Source of the DNA: a virus
Virus record (IMG/VR): IMGVR_UViG_3300032397_000006
Span: 1-64,000 of that record
DNA length: 64,000 bases
Reading direction: 5' to 3' (one strand)
Numbering within the stretch: the stretch's first letter is position 1; each line of letters opens with the position of its first letter. Made by a program: the position numbers and the translations under genes. Of this stretch, positions 19,503-29,146 are shown piece by piece. The notes below the pieces were generated by a model. The model was given only the letters and a program-made list of their open reading frames with translations, was not told the origin of the DNA and ran no database searches.

Positions 19503-20153
19503 TCAGTTATCGATCAGCCACAAAGTCAGCAGTACGTCTCGAATACCTGCACTGCCTGCACCTGCTGCGCGCCAGTAATCAACGTCGAACGTGTGCACGC
19601 CGGACAATGCGAGCTGCACGTTATGACCTGCGTTGCCAAATTCAGATCCTGCTACGCTCGCTTTACTCGTGATCGTAAACAGGTCCGTGGTGCCGTCCTT
19701 ACGCACGCGCGAGGACACCTGCGTATTGTTGTTTGATCCGATAGTCGTGTACGACCAGAACAGGACGTAATCGCCCGCTGGCAGGCTCGTGGTGGTCAGC
19801 GTGAGCTTGGTGACCGGCGTAGTGCCCACGGTCGTAGCAAGCACTGCGTCGGCTGCGCGATTCAGCTCCGCAGCGACACCTGCGACCACTGACACGAGAT
19901 TCCACAACCCCGCGCCGTTGGCCTGCATGACCTGCCCTGCAGTCGCGGCGCCAGAGCTGAGATTCTGCGCCGTAATAGCCTGCAGGCCTCCCGCAGAGTG
20001 CTCCGCTTGGTGTGCGAGGATCGAACGGACCACGCTGTTAACGTAGATCTTGAGCGCGTTCGCGGTCGTGAGACGCAGCTGCCCTTCCTCGCTTGGATCG
20101 CCCGCAAGCGCCTCGAGCATGAGATTCGCAACGCGTTCGTCGCGTGTGCTCAT
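19503..20153 (-). CDS. Putative virion protein (short fibre-like)
   Basis: Start moved to ATG 20153 (MSTRDER, GAGGAG upstream); GQVMQANGAGLW and a beta-rich C-terminus. Confidence 0.55.
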   Translation of the reverse strand: MSTRDERVANLMLEALAGDPSEEGQLRLTTANALKIYVNSVVRSILAHQAEHSAGGLQAITAQNLSSGAATAGQVMQANGAGLWNLVSVVAGVAAELNRAADAVLATTVGTTPVTKLTLTTTSLPAGDYVLFWSYTTIGSNNNTQVSSRVRKDGTTDLFTITSKASVAGSEFGNAGHNVQLALSGVHTFDVDYWRAAGAGSAGIRDVLLTLWLIDN

Positions 20154-20229
20154 TCGTCGCGCTCCTCTGCCTCTGCCAGAGCTGCGCCAGCCGCAATCTG
20201 TATTTGCCTCTCGTGCGTGCAGCCTTGGC

Positions 20230-20469
20230 TCACGGCGCAACTCCCACGACACGAGGCTCCGCCTTTGCCCCCGGGCAGCGCGCTCGCACCTCGCCTAGGC
20301 TGTCTAGACGGCATGGCCATGGCTCGGCCCACCCGTCCACGAACAGCGCTAGGCTAAGCCCGCGCAGGAGCAATCCTCGCGCTGCGAACATGGACAGTGA
20401 GCGCTCCTGCACGCCTGTTGGGTACGTGACGCGATACCGCTCAACTTCACCGTGAGTCACGTCAGCCAC
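20230..20469 (-). CDS. Hypothetical protein
   Basis: 3' part of ORF 20230..20655, from the GTG just after the upstream stop. Confidence 0.35.
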   Translation of the reverse strand: MADVTHGEVERYRVTYPTGVQERSLSMFAARGLLLRGLSLALFVDGWAEPWPCRLDSLGEVRARCPGAKAEPRVVGVAP

Positions 20470-20470
20470 A

Positions 20471-21064
20471 CTATTTGCCCTTGCTCGGGGGGCGCCCCTT
20501 CCGCTTTGCCGGAGGTAGGATCGTGACTGCTGCGGGCGGATCAGGCTCAGGCGGATTGCTCGCAGGCTTTGGCACTTGCTCGAGCCTTTCCTCCGCCAGC
20601 CTGCGCTCTTTAATCGACATGCTCGGAAATCTTGCAGCGTGCACTCCCGTTTCACCCGACTGCGGTGCTTCTGGAACTGCTACGCGAGCTTGCGCGATCT
20701 TAAGCTGCTCGACCTGTCGGTACTTGGCGATCAGCGCGATAGCTCCCTCGAGCGCTGCGACTTTTCCGCTAGCAGACATGCCTACATTTTCGGCATTGCG
20801 CGCGAGATTCCGTTGCGCATTAGCTGCACGCGTAAGCCAAAGCTTAATCGCTTCTGCTAATTCCATGGAGGCTACGCGCCCCTCGTCTAGATCCTTATTG
20901 ACGACTTCGCAGAGCATTTCACACGCCTTTGCGGCCTGGCCGAAAGACGTGACAGCGCCCTCCTGCCGATACATGTCCTTTTTCGCAGCTTCTAACGAGT
21001 CCTCGATCGAGGCTCCGATATCGGTAGCGATTAGGATTTTCAGCTCTGCTTTTTCGATGCTCAT
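20471..21064 (-). CDS. Hypothetical helical protein with basic KRKGRPP tail
   Basis: 197 aa, GGAGA ribosome-binding site. Confidence 0.65.
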   Translation of the reverse strand: MSIEKAELKILIATDIGASIEDSLEAAKKDMYRQEGAVTSFGQAAKACEMLCEVVNKDLDEGRVASMELAEAIKLWLTRAANAQRNLARNAENVGMSASGKVAALEGAIALIAKYRQVEQLKIAQARVAVPEAPQSGETGVHAARFPSMSIKERRLAEERLEQVPKPASNPPEPDPPAAVTILPPAKRKGRPPSKGK

Positions 21065-21129
21065 GCAAAGGTCTCCGCGCTTAGCCTGCGTTTATAGAAC
21101 AGTCCTACTCTATAAACGCAGGCTCAAGA

Positions 21130-23091
21130 TCACTTGTACGGAATGACGCAGAGCTGGTCAGGCACAGCGCCCGTGCTCTTGAGCGTAAACTCAAACTTGA
21201 GCTGTCCATTCGCGAGCGAGGTGCCCGGGTAGTAATCGTGGTTCGCCGCAGAGTTAGCTCCGGGACGCAGCAGCTCTCCGCCGAGGAACACGTCGTAATC
21301 CGTGAGGAAGTTGCCGAGCGACATGTCCGGCAGCTGCGCGTCGAGGTTCGCGCCGCCCGCCACGCCACCGACGTTCGTATCTGCTGCAACGTTGGCTGTG
21401 AGAACCGCGTAGACCTTGGCCTTACGATCTGACGACTTCGCCTGCACGATCGCATTGAGTAGCGAAACCTCGCCGCCGAACGTCGTCTCGAATAGATCCC
21501 ATTCTGCCGTGGTGTCCGACAGCTTGATGCCGTTCGTTTGCGCCCAGGTGGAGCCCGTCTGATTCGCGTCGTCGAGGAACAACTCTCGCGAGCCGAACAG
21601 GCGCAGATCATTCGAAGCGCCCACGGACTCAATCGTCGCGGTGTTCGCGATGATCGTTTTCGCGATGTCGATCTCGACACCGCCCGTCGCAAATGCCGCG
21701 CCCGTGGCGAAGTCGTTCACGATGGCGTTGTTGTCGAACGTGTCCACGTCCGTGCCGAATTGCAGCGTGGTCGTGCCGCCCGTGCTGCCTTCGGTGATCG
21801 TGAATAGATCGGCATTTGCGAGGTCCCGGATTTTCCAGAACGAACCGGCATTGTTGATGTCGAGCGTGCTGTTAGTCGTGACTTCGACCGGCGTCGTGCC
21901 TTGGTTGTTGTAGACGACCTGCCTGGTGACCGAAGCTGCCGCTGCGATATCCGTATTTGCTCCACGCAGGAAATCCTGCTCAGTCAGATCTTCGAGCGCC
22001 TTACGTTCAGCGACTGAGTAATGGATCGTGAACCCGCCGATGTCTGCAGTCGGCACCGCTTCCAGCACAGTACCTGCGGAATTCAGGCGCACGAACGAGA
22101 TCTGCGCCCTATTAGGCGTGACTCCCGTGAGCACCTGCGCGTCGGTGTTCGTCTCGACCTGAAACAAGCCGTAAATCACGCGCCCGCTGGACAGAATCGG
22201 GTCGTGCGTTACCGAGTCGATAACGGTGCAGATATTTTTCGGCGTGACAGCAGACGAGCCCGACACAAGGTCAAGCGCGTGCGTGCCGAAGGTGCCCGTG
22301 TGAAACGCAGCGACGGTGCCCCGCGTCGTCACGGCGCCGACAGCCACTGTGGTGTTGTTCGGATTCTGCGTGCTCGACAGCACCACGAAGTTTGCCGTGT
22401 TCGATCCGCCCGCAAGCGTGGCAGCTCCCCACGAAGCGTTCGCGCCCGTCTCCGTGGTGGCGATGGAGTTGCCGCCCGTGCCCGCCGTGCGTGCAGTGGC
22501 AACCAACGTGTCGCCCGCGCCTGCGGCTGCACTCACGAAGGTGTTGGCGGTGGTCGCCGCTGCGTACAGCGTGCCGGAGCCCGCGCCGAGATTGATGGCA
22601 GCGATCAAGTTGTCGAGCGAATCGCTTGCCGACGCGCCGATCAGGACGTTGCCGTCTACGTTCGTAAGCACGGTCTGAAACTGATAGGTCTTCGATCCCG
22701 TCGTGACGGTCTCAGTGTCCGCGAAGTTTGCCGTAGCAGTCAGTGTCCCGATTGCAGCGACACCAACCACGATGTCCGTAAGGAACTTGTCGCTGGCGAC
22801 GAGCACACGCTTACGCTCGAGCTCGTGTAGCTCGAGATTAAGCTTATCGACGCCGCGCTTAATTCCACCCTCGAAAGTGCCGGGCGCGGTCAGATCTGAA
22901 TACCAATCGCCAGCTGGGAACGAGGCTCCGTTACGATTGATAATGTTTTGCAGCTGCGATCGGACGTTTGTCAGATCCTCCTGCAGGTTCGTCGGATTTG
23001 TCTCGTACGCAGCGAGGCTCGGTGTGACGGTATCGTCATACGCGTCGCTATTTCGAACCTGAGTCTCTTGCCTGATAAATGTCCTGCTCAC
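21130..23091 (-). CDS. Putative virion structural protein
   Basis: 653 aa, Thr/Ala/Gly/Asn-rich beta pattern; strongly GC3-biased codons like the capsid gene. Confidence 0.65.
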   Translation of the reverse strand: MSRTFIRQETQVRNSDAYDDTVTPSLAAYETNPTNLQEDLTNVRSQLQNIINRNGASFPAGDWYSDLTAPGTFEGGIKRGVDKLNLELHELERKRVLVASDKFLTDIVVGVAAIGTLTATANFADTETVTTGSKTYQFQTVLTNVDGNVLIGASASDSLDNLIAAINLGAGSGTLYAAATTANTFVSAAAGAGDTLVATARTAGTGGNSIATTETGANASWGAATLAGGSNTANFVVLSSTQNPNNTTVAVGAVTTRGTVAAFHTGTFGTHALDLVSGSSAVTPKNICTVIDSVTHDPILSSGRVIYGLFQVETNTDAQVLTGVTPNRAQISFVRLNSAGTVLEAVPTADIGGFTIHYSVAERKALEDLTEQDFLRGANTDIAAAASVTRQVVYNNQGTTPVEVTTNSTLDINNAGSFWKIRDLANADLFTITEGSTGGTTTLQFGTDVDTFDNNAIVNDFATGAAFATGGVEIDIAKTIIANTATIESVGASNDLRLFGSRELFLDDANQTGSTWAQTNGIKLSDTTAEWDLFETTFGGEVSLLNAIVQAKSSDRKAKVYAVLTANVAADTNVGGVAGGANLDAQLPDMSLGNFLTDYDVFLGGELLRPGANSAANHDYYPGTSLANGQLKFEFTLKSTGAVPDQLCVIPYK

Positions 23092-23103
23092 AGCAACCCC
23101 CTT

Positions 23104-23397
23104 CTAAACAACCCCGTAATCCAACAAGACGACATCGCCAGCACGCGGTGCAAGCGTGAAGATCACCTGATCAAAACCCGCAGCAGGAACAGACTCTGCG
23201 CGCGTGTAATCGTTGCTCCCGCCGAATCGCTGCCGCACCCCATTAAGGAACAGCGCCTCACTTCCGGGCGTGAATTTCTGCGTGGCAAGAAAAACGACGT
23301 TCGCACCGTTGATAGCTCCCGCGGGCTCCTCGCCGAAAACGCGCGTGCCTGCGCTAGTACCTGTGCTCTGTGATCCTACGTAACCGCGAGTCAGCAC
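23104..23397 (-). CDS. Small virion-associated beta protein
   Basis: GAINGANVVF...LFLNGVRQ...DY motif common in phage structural proteins. Confidence 0.55.
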   Translation of the reverse strand: MLTRGYVGSQSTGTSAGTRVFGEEPAGAINGANVVFLATQKFTPGSEALFLNGVRQRFGGSNDYTRAESVPAAGFDQVIFTLAPRAGDVVLLDYGVV

Positions 23398-23422
23398 GAT
23401 CCGCCTCCCCGCTCGTTACATA

Positions 23423-23803
23423 CTACGCGTCTCGGGAGATACGCGTCGCGTAAAGAGTTGCCGCGCCGGAGGTCACGATTGCACTCAGGCGATCGCTGTA
23501 CCCTTTCAGCGCATGCGTTTCGATGGCAATTACGGCAGTCTGTAAAAGCGGAATGCGCTGAGGTCCCTCTCCTATTGGGCTTGGAATATTGGGAGGCGTG
23601 TCTTGGAATTTGTCGAAGTGCACCCACGCTATGGCCCCCGCACTCAGCCCGCCTACCTGGATCAGGTAGCGCCCGGGAACGAGCGCGCCGAGCGCGGCAG
23701 GGAGCGTGGTTAATCCTGTCGACAGCGACAGCACGTAGGTGTGCCCGATGTCTGCTGCGAAAAAGGCGATGTCATCCTCGCCGTTATGCGCAGAACCGCT
23801 CAC
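23423..23803 (-). CDS. Hypothetical protein (possible capsid decoration)
   Basis: 126 aa; shares PGRY.I and a terminal TRISR with the adjacent gene. Confidence 0.5.
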   Translation of the reverse strand: MSGSAHNGEDDIAFFAADIGHTYVLSLSTGLTTLPAALGALVPGRYLIQVGGLSAGAIAWVHFDKFQDTPPNIPSPIGEGPQRIPLLQTAVIAIETHALKGYSDRLSAIVTSGAATLYATRISRDA

Positions 23804-23806
23804 AGC

Positions 23807-24145
23807 TCACCTCGAGATTCGGGTGACTATGATTTGCGCGGTGCCTGCGTCGAGAATGAACGAGAGCACCTGCTTTGCGCCGGAGCCCCGCACATTCGTT
23901 GCGAACAAATAGCCGCTTGCCGCATTGAATAATGCGACGTCGTAGGGAGTGCTAGGAGCAGCAGCTGTTGCCGTCGCCCCTTGCCGCACCCAAATGGTCG
24001 CCGCACCCGCGATACTCCGGTAGCGGATAGCATAGCGCCCGGGTGCGAGTGAGACCTGTGCCGCAGCTACTGAGGCAGCTACCGCGACGCTATCTCCTAG
24101 GTCAGTCGCGTAAAAATCCCGTAGATCGTCTGCATTCGCAGCCAT
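23807..24145 (-). CDS. Hypothetical protein (possible capsid decoration)
   Basis: 112 aa; probable paralogue of 23423..23803 (LAPGRYAI...TRISR). Confidence 0.5.
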   Translation of the reverse strand: MAANADDLRDFYATDLGDSVAVAASVAAAQVSLAPGRYAIRYRSIAGAATIWVRQGATATAAAPSTPYDVALFNAASGYLFATNVRGSGAKQVLSFILDAGTAQIIVTRISR

Positions 24146-24151
24146 GAGTTT

Positions 24152-24703
24152 TCAGCCTTTCGTTTCCTCGTCGAACAGTGCGGCGTGCAGTGTCTCCCGA
24201 ATACGCTGATCACTCCAGCGACGGTCAATCCCCACGCCGTAGCCCTCAGCAGTAGTGATCAGCGCCGCTCGATCCATCGCCTCGAGGTTAGGCTCCCCCG
24301 CAGCAAGACTCGCTGCAGGGGAAGGTACTTCGGGCGCAGGGGGCGCGAGCTCGAGAGCTTTCGCGGCCTCGTAAGCGAGCTTGGCGGCTTTCTCGTCTGC
24401 CACCACGACAGTGGCTGCCGCTGCAGCTGCAGTCTCTTGCGCAATCTGTGCAACGCGCTGCGCCTGCAGCGTTGCCTCATGCACACGCGAGGCCTCGTGC
24501 GCGGCCTCGTGCTGCCGCGTCACCGCGTCCGCTTGCGCTTGCCGAGCTGGATCGAACAGACGCCAGCCCGACGTGCCGAGTAGAAATTGCGCGTCCTCGT
24601 CCGGCATGTCGAACGTACCAAACGAGTCGCCTGTCGCGATCTGACCAGGATGGAATCGCAGCGCCAGTGCCACGCCAGCCAGAGCTTGATTCTGAATTTT
24701 CAT
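24152..24703 (-). CDS. Hypothetical protein downstream of the capsid gene
   Basis: 183 aa; C-terminal LEAMDRAALITTAEGYGVGID resembles small Rho-N/HeH-like helical modules. Confidence 0.55.
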   Translation of the reverse strand: MKIQNQALAGVALALRFHPGQIATGDSFGTFDMPDEDAQFLLGTSGWRLFDPARQAQADAVTRQHEAAHEASRVHEATLQAQRVAQIAQETAAAAAATVVVADEKAAKLAYEAAKALELAPPAPEVPSPAASLAAGEPNLEAMDRAALITTAEGYGVGIDRRWSDQRIRETLHAALFDEETKG

Positions 24704-24721
24704 GTCTCTGTCCCCTATGCG

Positions 24722-24751
24722 AAAAGGGCGGGAGCTCGCCGCCGCCCGCCC
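24722..24751 (-). terminator. Terminator after the major capsid gene
   Basis: Minus strand GGGCGGG...CCCGCCC followed by TTTT. Confidence 0.5.
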
Positions 24752-24861
24752 ACTCTAGCCCAGTGCAGATCTAGGCGATGCACATTTATCGCTCACACGG
24801 GTAACAAATTTGCCCTTGTATCACCCGTGAAGCGATAATGTGCCACGTAACACGCTGAGAC

Positions 24862-26262
24862 TTACAGCGAGCCCGCAGCGCGGCCGATGTTCTTGAGCAC
24901 CACGTTTTTCGCGGGCGCGTACATCTTGATTGCGCCGTACAGCACCTGCGCCCAGCGAATGGAGGTGTCGATGGTAGCAAGAGGGATACGGGTCATCGGA
25001 AGTAGCTGAGACCACGAAAAGCTCTGCTGATTCTGCATGACGACGAAACCCTTGGTCGTGCCCGGAATGTCGCCGTTCAAATCGGTCACAACTTGCGTTG
25101 CGCCCGTGCGCGCAACGCGCGTCGCCATCTTCGCGGTGGCTGCTGCGCCGTTCTTGTCCGAGCGATAGATCTCGTAGGCCGTGGGCGCCTGCCCGCCGTC
25201 CTGAATCGTGAAGGTCACGGCATCGCCAGCGACCACCGCGACCGCTGCGCTCGTGACAGGGACCGACATGCCGTAGCGATTGATCGCGACGACCTTGTAG
25301 ATGTACGTGCCCGCGTCGCCCGCGACGAACTTCGAGGCCGCGTTCGCACCCGCTGCCGGTGCCACCGTGATGGTGGGCGCGAGCGGGCGACGATCGGTGC
25401 GGCCGAGACCTGCGTCGAGGCCCAGCTGACCAGCCTGAATGAACACGTGGTCGTGCAGGTTGATCCGGCCATTCTGACCTTGAAACGCCGTCACCGTGGC
25501 GCCGAGCACGCCGGGTGCAGGCGCATAGGCGAACCGCTGCCGGTCGTAGACCTGCTTCGCAAGGTCGCTGAATGCACCCGTGGCGAAATAGCCATCGGTC
25601 GCGACACCGAAGTTGTCGCGGATCAGCAGCAGCACATCGTTCAGATTTTCTTCGGTCAGCGAAGCGCCGCGAAGATCGATCACGTTCTGCGGAGCGCCGT
25701 CGAGAATGAGTTTCTCGAGCCCGTCGATCTGCTCGGGAATCATGGAGCTGTCGCCGAAAAAGAGGGCGTTCTCAAGCATCTTGAGAAGCTCCATCGTCTT
25801 GTTCATCGTTTCCATGGCGATCACGTTGCCGTGAGCGGCCCGGATCACGTTGGCCACATGCGTCACGCGGCCCGTGATGCCAAGGAACTTCACGAGCACG
25901 GGAACGCGCTGGTAAGTCGAATCTTCTTCTTCGGGCAGATCACCCTCAGGCATCCACCCGAGGTTGAATCGACGCGTGCCCGCTTTGCCGTAGCTCAGCA
26001 GTCGGTTGAATTCCTCGACCGTGTTGGTGGCCTGCACCTTCGGAATCGTCTTGAACAGCTTGATCTCGTCCATCTCGAAAGTGAGATTCTTGAGCGTCGA
26101 CTCAAGACTCTGCGGACGCAGCGGAAAGCCTTCACCGGGAGCGACGCCCGGATCCGTTACCGCGTTGCCGGCGTAGAGCGCTTTTCTGAGCTCTGCGATC
26201 TCGTCAGGACTGGACGCGCCGAATCCGTTGTAGTCGCGCGCGGAAACCATAGGTGCCAACAT
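24862..26262 (-). CDS. Major capsid protein (SPO1/Twort-like), with predicted N-terminal propeptide
   Basis: 466 aa; LRPQSLESTLKNLT, ATNTVEEF, ENALFFGDS, QIDGLEKLI and QLLPMTRIPLA match the Herelleviridae-type capsid pattern; ELRK-ALYAG fits the Lys-Ser/Ala maturation site known for that group. Confidence 0.92.
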   Translation of the reverse strand: MLAPMVSARDYNGFGASSPDEIAELRKALYAGNAVTDPGVAPGEGFPLRPQSLESTLKNLTFEMDEIKLFKTIPKVQATNTVEEFNRLLSYGKAGTRRFNLGWMPEGDLPEEEDSTYQRVPVLVKFLGITGRVTHVANVIRAAHGNVIAMETMNKTMELLKMLENALFFGDSSMIPEQIDGLEKLILDGAPQNVIDLRGASLTEENLNDVLLLIRDNFGVATDGYFATGAFSDLAKQVYDRQRFAYAPAPGVLGATVTAFQGQNGRINLHDHVFIQAGQLGLDAGLGRTDRRPLAPTITVAPAAGANAASKFVAGDAGTYIYKVVAINRYGMSVPVTSAAVAVVAGDAVTFTIQDGGQAPTAYEIYRSDKNGAAATAKMATRVARTGATQVVTDLNGDIPGTTKGFVVMQNQQSFSWSQLLPMTRIPLATIDTSIRWAQVLYGAIKMYAPAKNVVLKNIGRAAGSL

Positions 26263-26327
26263 GTCAAATCTCCCTGGTAATTAATCTTTGTTCGGTCGCG
26301 TGCGCGACTGGAAATTGGAAGGTGCGA

Positions 26328-27221
26328 TCAGGCGTAGCGGCGTGCGGCGTCTGCCTCGTTGGGATTCTGCGCAAGGAAGCTGCGCGCTGCGTGAATGACG
26401 CCATCGTCGATCACGTCGCCCGCTTCGAAGCGACCGATGATTTCCGACGTGCGCACGCCGTTGATGTCGCGAATTCCCTTTTCGAGATTCATGTAGCTGA
26501 GCGTCGAGAGCAGTTCGCTCTTACGCAGCTGACCTGCCTCGCCTGCCTCGTTGGGCATGCCCTTACTGAGGGCCTTCGCGCCCGAGAGCTGCGTGCGGCC
26601 CTTCGGCTGTGCCACCGGAGCGCGCTCGACGATTCCGAGACGGCTGCGGAGCTCGTCGATCACGCCGGCCTGAGACTTGAGCAGCTGCCCGCTCTGGTAA
26701 ATCGCAGCGGCCATCGCGCGATTGACCTTCGCCTGCTCGCCGCGGTGTGCGCCCAGGCTTTTCTCGAGCGAGCCGAGCGCATCGGTCGTGCGCGCGACGA
26801 GCGCGTCGAGGAAGGGAGAAACGTCAATCGCTTCTGCGACCGTGGGATCCGAGGCAATGCCCTTGATCAGATCACCCTGTGCCGAAGATTTCGACGTGAA
26901 CGGGGGCTGAGGGACCTTGCCCTCGTCGTCCTCGTCACCGTCGTCCTCGTCTTCGTCGTCGTCGTCCGCCATGAAGGCGGCGAAGTTCGCGATCGTGCCC
27001 GCGTCGATTCCTGCCGCGGTCATTTTCGCGATCATGAGCGCGTCGAGCCCGCCCGCGTCGCTCATCGAACCTTGCCCGCCACCGGAGGGCTTGCCATCGG
27101 ACATAGTGCCGGAGTTTGCGATCTGCACGCCGTCGCCCTTCGCAAGCTTCGTTGCGTCCGCGACTTTGATCAGATCGGCGAGGCTCTTTTCAAGCTGAAT
27201 TGTGTCGACTCTATCGGCCAT
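26328..27221 (-). CDS. Putative scaffold protein
   Basis: 297 aa between protease and capsid; acidic tract, coiled coil and several LxKS/LxKG sites. Confidence 0.65.
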   Translation of the reverse strand: MADRVDTIQLEKSLADLIKVADATKLAKGDGVQIANSGTMSDGKPSGGGQGSMSDAGGLDALMIAKMTAAGIDAGTIANFAAFMADDDDEDEDDGDEDDEGKVPQPPFTSKSSAQGDLIKGIASDPTVAEAIDVSPFLDALVARTTDALGSLEKSLGAHRGEQAKVNRAMAAAIYQSGQLLKSQAGVIDELRSRLGIVERAPVAQPKGRTQLSGAKALSKGMPNEAGEAGQLRKSELLSTLSYMNLEKGIRDINGVRTSEIIGRFEAGDVIDDGVIHAARSFLAQNPNEADAARRYA

Positions 27222-27226
27222 TTTCC

Positions 27227-27943
27227 CTAGTCCTCCGCGCGATGATTTCGCATCGCAAACTCCACGATTTTCACCGCAGCCTCTGCGCTTAACGCAGGCT
27301 GCAAACTCTTAAGCAGCGCGACCGCTTCGGCCTTACGCATGCGTCTGCGCTTCTTCTTTCGCAGCGGCTCCCCGCCCTCGAGCGACTGCCGGCGCAAAGG
27401 GAAGCCCTCGCCCGGGGCAACGCCTGGATCCGTTACCGCGCTGCCTGCAGAGAGCGACTTCGCAAGCACCTGTAATGCCGTCGCCTCGTTCACGGGGCAG
27501 CGTGTGATCGCCACCTCGCGCACGACGGCCTTACGCACGATCTTGGGATTGCTCGGGTCGCGCTCGACGACGGTACCTTCGACCGAGAAGCCAAGGCGTC
27601 GATCGCTCTTTTGCAGAGAGCGAGCGAGATCCCAAATTCGATCCGCGCGAGCCGTCCCTTTCAGGAGATAGCCCTCGACATACCACCCACGGTGCCCGCC
27701 CGAGAGCTCGCGGAGCTCGACCTTTGCCGGATACCCGAGCACCGCGTCCGTGTCCGCGCTGTGGTTGTCGTTAAACCAGCCAGACTTGAGAAAAGGCCCG
27801 AAATCTAGGCCTTCCTGCAGCAATACCTCAGACTGCCTGTCGAGGTTGTCTGTCGACACGATCCCCGCGATGCGTCGATCCCGATCGCCCTCGCCGGCTT
27901 TCTCGAAAAACTCTGCATCCAGATCGAATGAAAAGTGCTGCAC
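27227..27943 (-). CDS. Prohead protease (HK97/U35-like, SPO1/Twort type)
   Basis: IAGIVSTDNLDRQSE, GWFNDNH, LGFSVEG and VAITRCPVN motifs; start moved to GTG 27943 behind GAGGGG. Confidence 0.88.
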   Translation of the reverse strand: MQHFSFDLDAEFFEKAGEGDRDRRIAGIVSTDNLDRQSEVLLQEGLDFGPFLKSGWFNDNHSADTDAVLGYPAKVELRELSGGHRGWYVEGYLLKGTARADRIWDLARSLQKSDRRLGFSVEGTVVERDPSNPKIVRKAVVREVAITRCPVNEATALQVLAKSLSAGSAVTDPGVAPGEGFPLRRQSLEGGEPLRKKKRRRMRKAEAVALLKSLQPALSAEAAVKIVEFAMRNHRAED

Positions 27944-27971
27944 TGAACCCCTCTGGTAGGGGCCCAAAACG

Positions 27972-28006
27972 GAAAAGGCGCCGCCACCGTTAGGTGACAG
28001 CGCCTC
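27972..28006 (-). promoter_or_regulatory. Stem-loop with U-tract (terminator or RNA regulatory element) between the zinc-ribbon gene and the protease
   Basis: Minus strand AGGCGCTGTCACC-TAAC-GGTGGCGGCGCCT followed by TTTCCGTTTT. Confidence 0.6.
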
Positions 28007-28030
28007 TAAACGAATCAGGCCCCTGAGGGC

Positions 28031-28294
28031 TCATTCTTGCCGCACAGCCTCCGTGCTTGTCAACCCTACGACGTAGCGAGGTTCCGCTTTGCGCAACACG
28101 AACGCGCCTGACGCGAGCGTGAGCGGCAGCAGCACGCCGTGTTTACAACGTCTGCAGTTAATCTCGACCTCCCCCGATTTGTGCAACACGAGCATGGAGG
28201 TGGGCGCCTTTAATCGCTCGCCCGCTGCAGCACTTCGAAAAATCAGCTCACCGCAGTAAGGGCAGCAAAATGGATCACGCACGTCAGCAGCCAT
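28031..28294 (-). CDS. Com-like zinc-ribbon protein
   Basis: CPYCGELIFR...EVEINCRRCK, the CxxC...EIxCxRC pattern of the Mu Com family. Confidence 0.6.
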   Translation of the reverse strand: MAADVRDPFCCPYCGELIFRSAAAGERLKAPTSMLVLHKSGEVEINCRRCKHGVLLPLTLASGAFVLRKAEPRYVVGLTSTEAVRQE

Positions 28295-28316
28295 TGCGGC
28301 GCCAGACTACCACGGA

Positions 28317-28838
28317 TCAGGAGGCCACCCTTTTGCGCCGCTGCGTAGCGGCGAGCCCGGGCACTTCGCGGTCAATCAAGAAAGCCCGCGCGGCATCCGG
28401 CGCGAACAGGTAGCCGCTCGAATCCTGGCTCGAGCTCAAGAGCTTTTTCGCGCGCACGAAATTGCCGATCTGAATATGTGAAATGCCTGCGAGCAGCGCG
28501 AGCTGTGCAGTCGAAACGCACTCGCCATCGTCCAGCGATTTGCGCGCCTCGACTGCGCGGATCACGGCGATCATACGATCGTCCCATGCGGGAGGCGCGT
28601 CGCGCAGTAGCGCAGGCGTTTCCTTGTGCCCGGTCTGCGCGTACTCCACCCAGGTAAATACGCGCTGCCAGAGACGCGTCTCGCGCACCTGCGCTGCTGC
28701 GTGTTTCGTCACGCGCGCGTACGGGTGCAAATCCTTGATCAGCGCCTCAGCTTGCGCGAGTAGTGCCGAGCACGTCTCGTTCGCGAACGTGTGCGGCGAG
28801 ATGTCCCTCAATCGAAATCTGGCGATTCTTTCGTCCAC
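28317..28838 (-). CDS. Putative HTH DNA-binding regulator
   Basis: C-terminal STAQLALLAGISHIQIGNFVRAKKL helix-turn-helix pattern. Start moved to GTG 28838 because the TTG at 28886 coincides with a -35 box. Confidence 0.55.
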   Translation of the reverse strand: MDERIARFRLRDISPHTFANETCSALLAQAEALIKDLHPYARVTKHAAAQVRETRLWQRVFTWVEYAQTGHKETPALLRDAPPAWDDRMIAVIRAVEARKSLDDGECVSTAQLALLAGISHIQIGNFVRAKKLLSSSQDSSGYLFAPDAARAFLIDREVPGLAATQRRKRVAS

Positions 28839-28857
28839 GGTGCCCTGCCTTTCGCCT

Positions 28858-28886
28858 AGCTTATCACGCGACGGGATAACGAGCAA
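28858..28886 (-). promoter_or_regulatory. Sigma70-like promoter with embedded palindrome
   Basis: TTGCTC-17 nt-TAAGCT; plus strand TTATCAC-GCGAC-GGGATAA at 28861-28879. Confidence 0.6.
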
Positions 28887-28934
28887 CCTCGTTGACGCCT
28901 CTTATCCTGCGTGCGCGAAGGGCCGCAGTCGCCG

Positions 28935-29132
28935 CTAAGCGGCCTCCGGAGGTGCAGGCGGAGGGCTAACCGGCGCGAGCAGCGCCGTAACCTCGCGCTG
29001 CCACTGGTGCGCCGCAACCAGGTCTGCCGTGACCACCCAGTGCGCCGGACGTGCTGCCGCGAGCAGCTTGCGCCCTCGTTCTAGGTGTTCGATCAATTCC
29101 GAGCGGCCCATGCGGCTGTAATTCGAGGTCAC
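28935..29132 (-). CDS. Small hypothetical protein
   Basis: 3' part of ORF 28935..29474 from a GTG preceded by GGGAGA. Confidence 0.4.
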   Translation of the reverse strand: MTSNYSRMGRSELIEHLERGRKLLAAARPAHWVVTADLVAAHQWQREVTALLAPVSPPPAPPEAA

Positions 29133-29146
29133 TGGCGGTCTCCCGA

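Noticed and set aside
24786-24838. TTATCGC and GCGATAA half-sites downstream of the capsid gene
   Set aside because: Partner half-sites are poor or wrongly spaced and I found no matching -35 box; not counted in the regulon.
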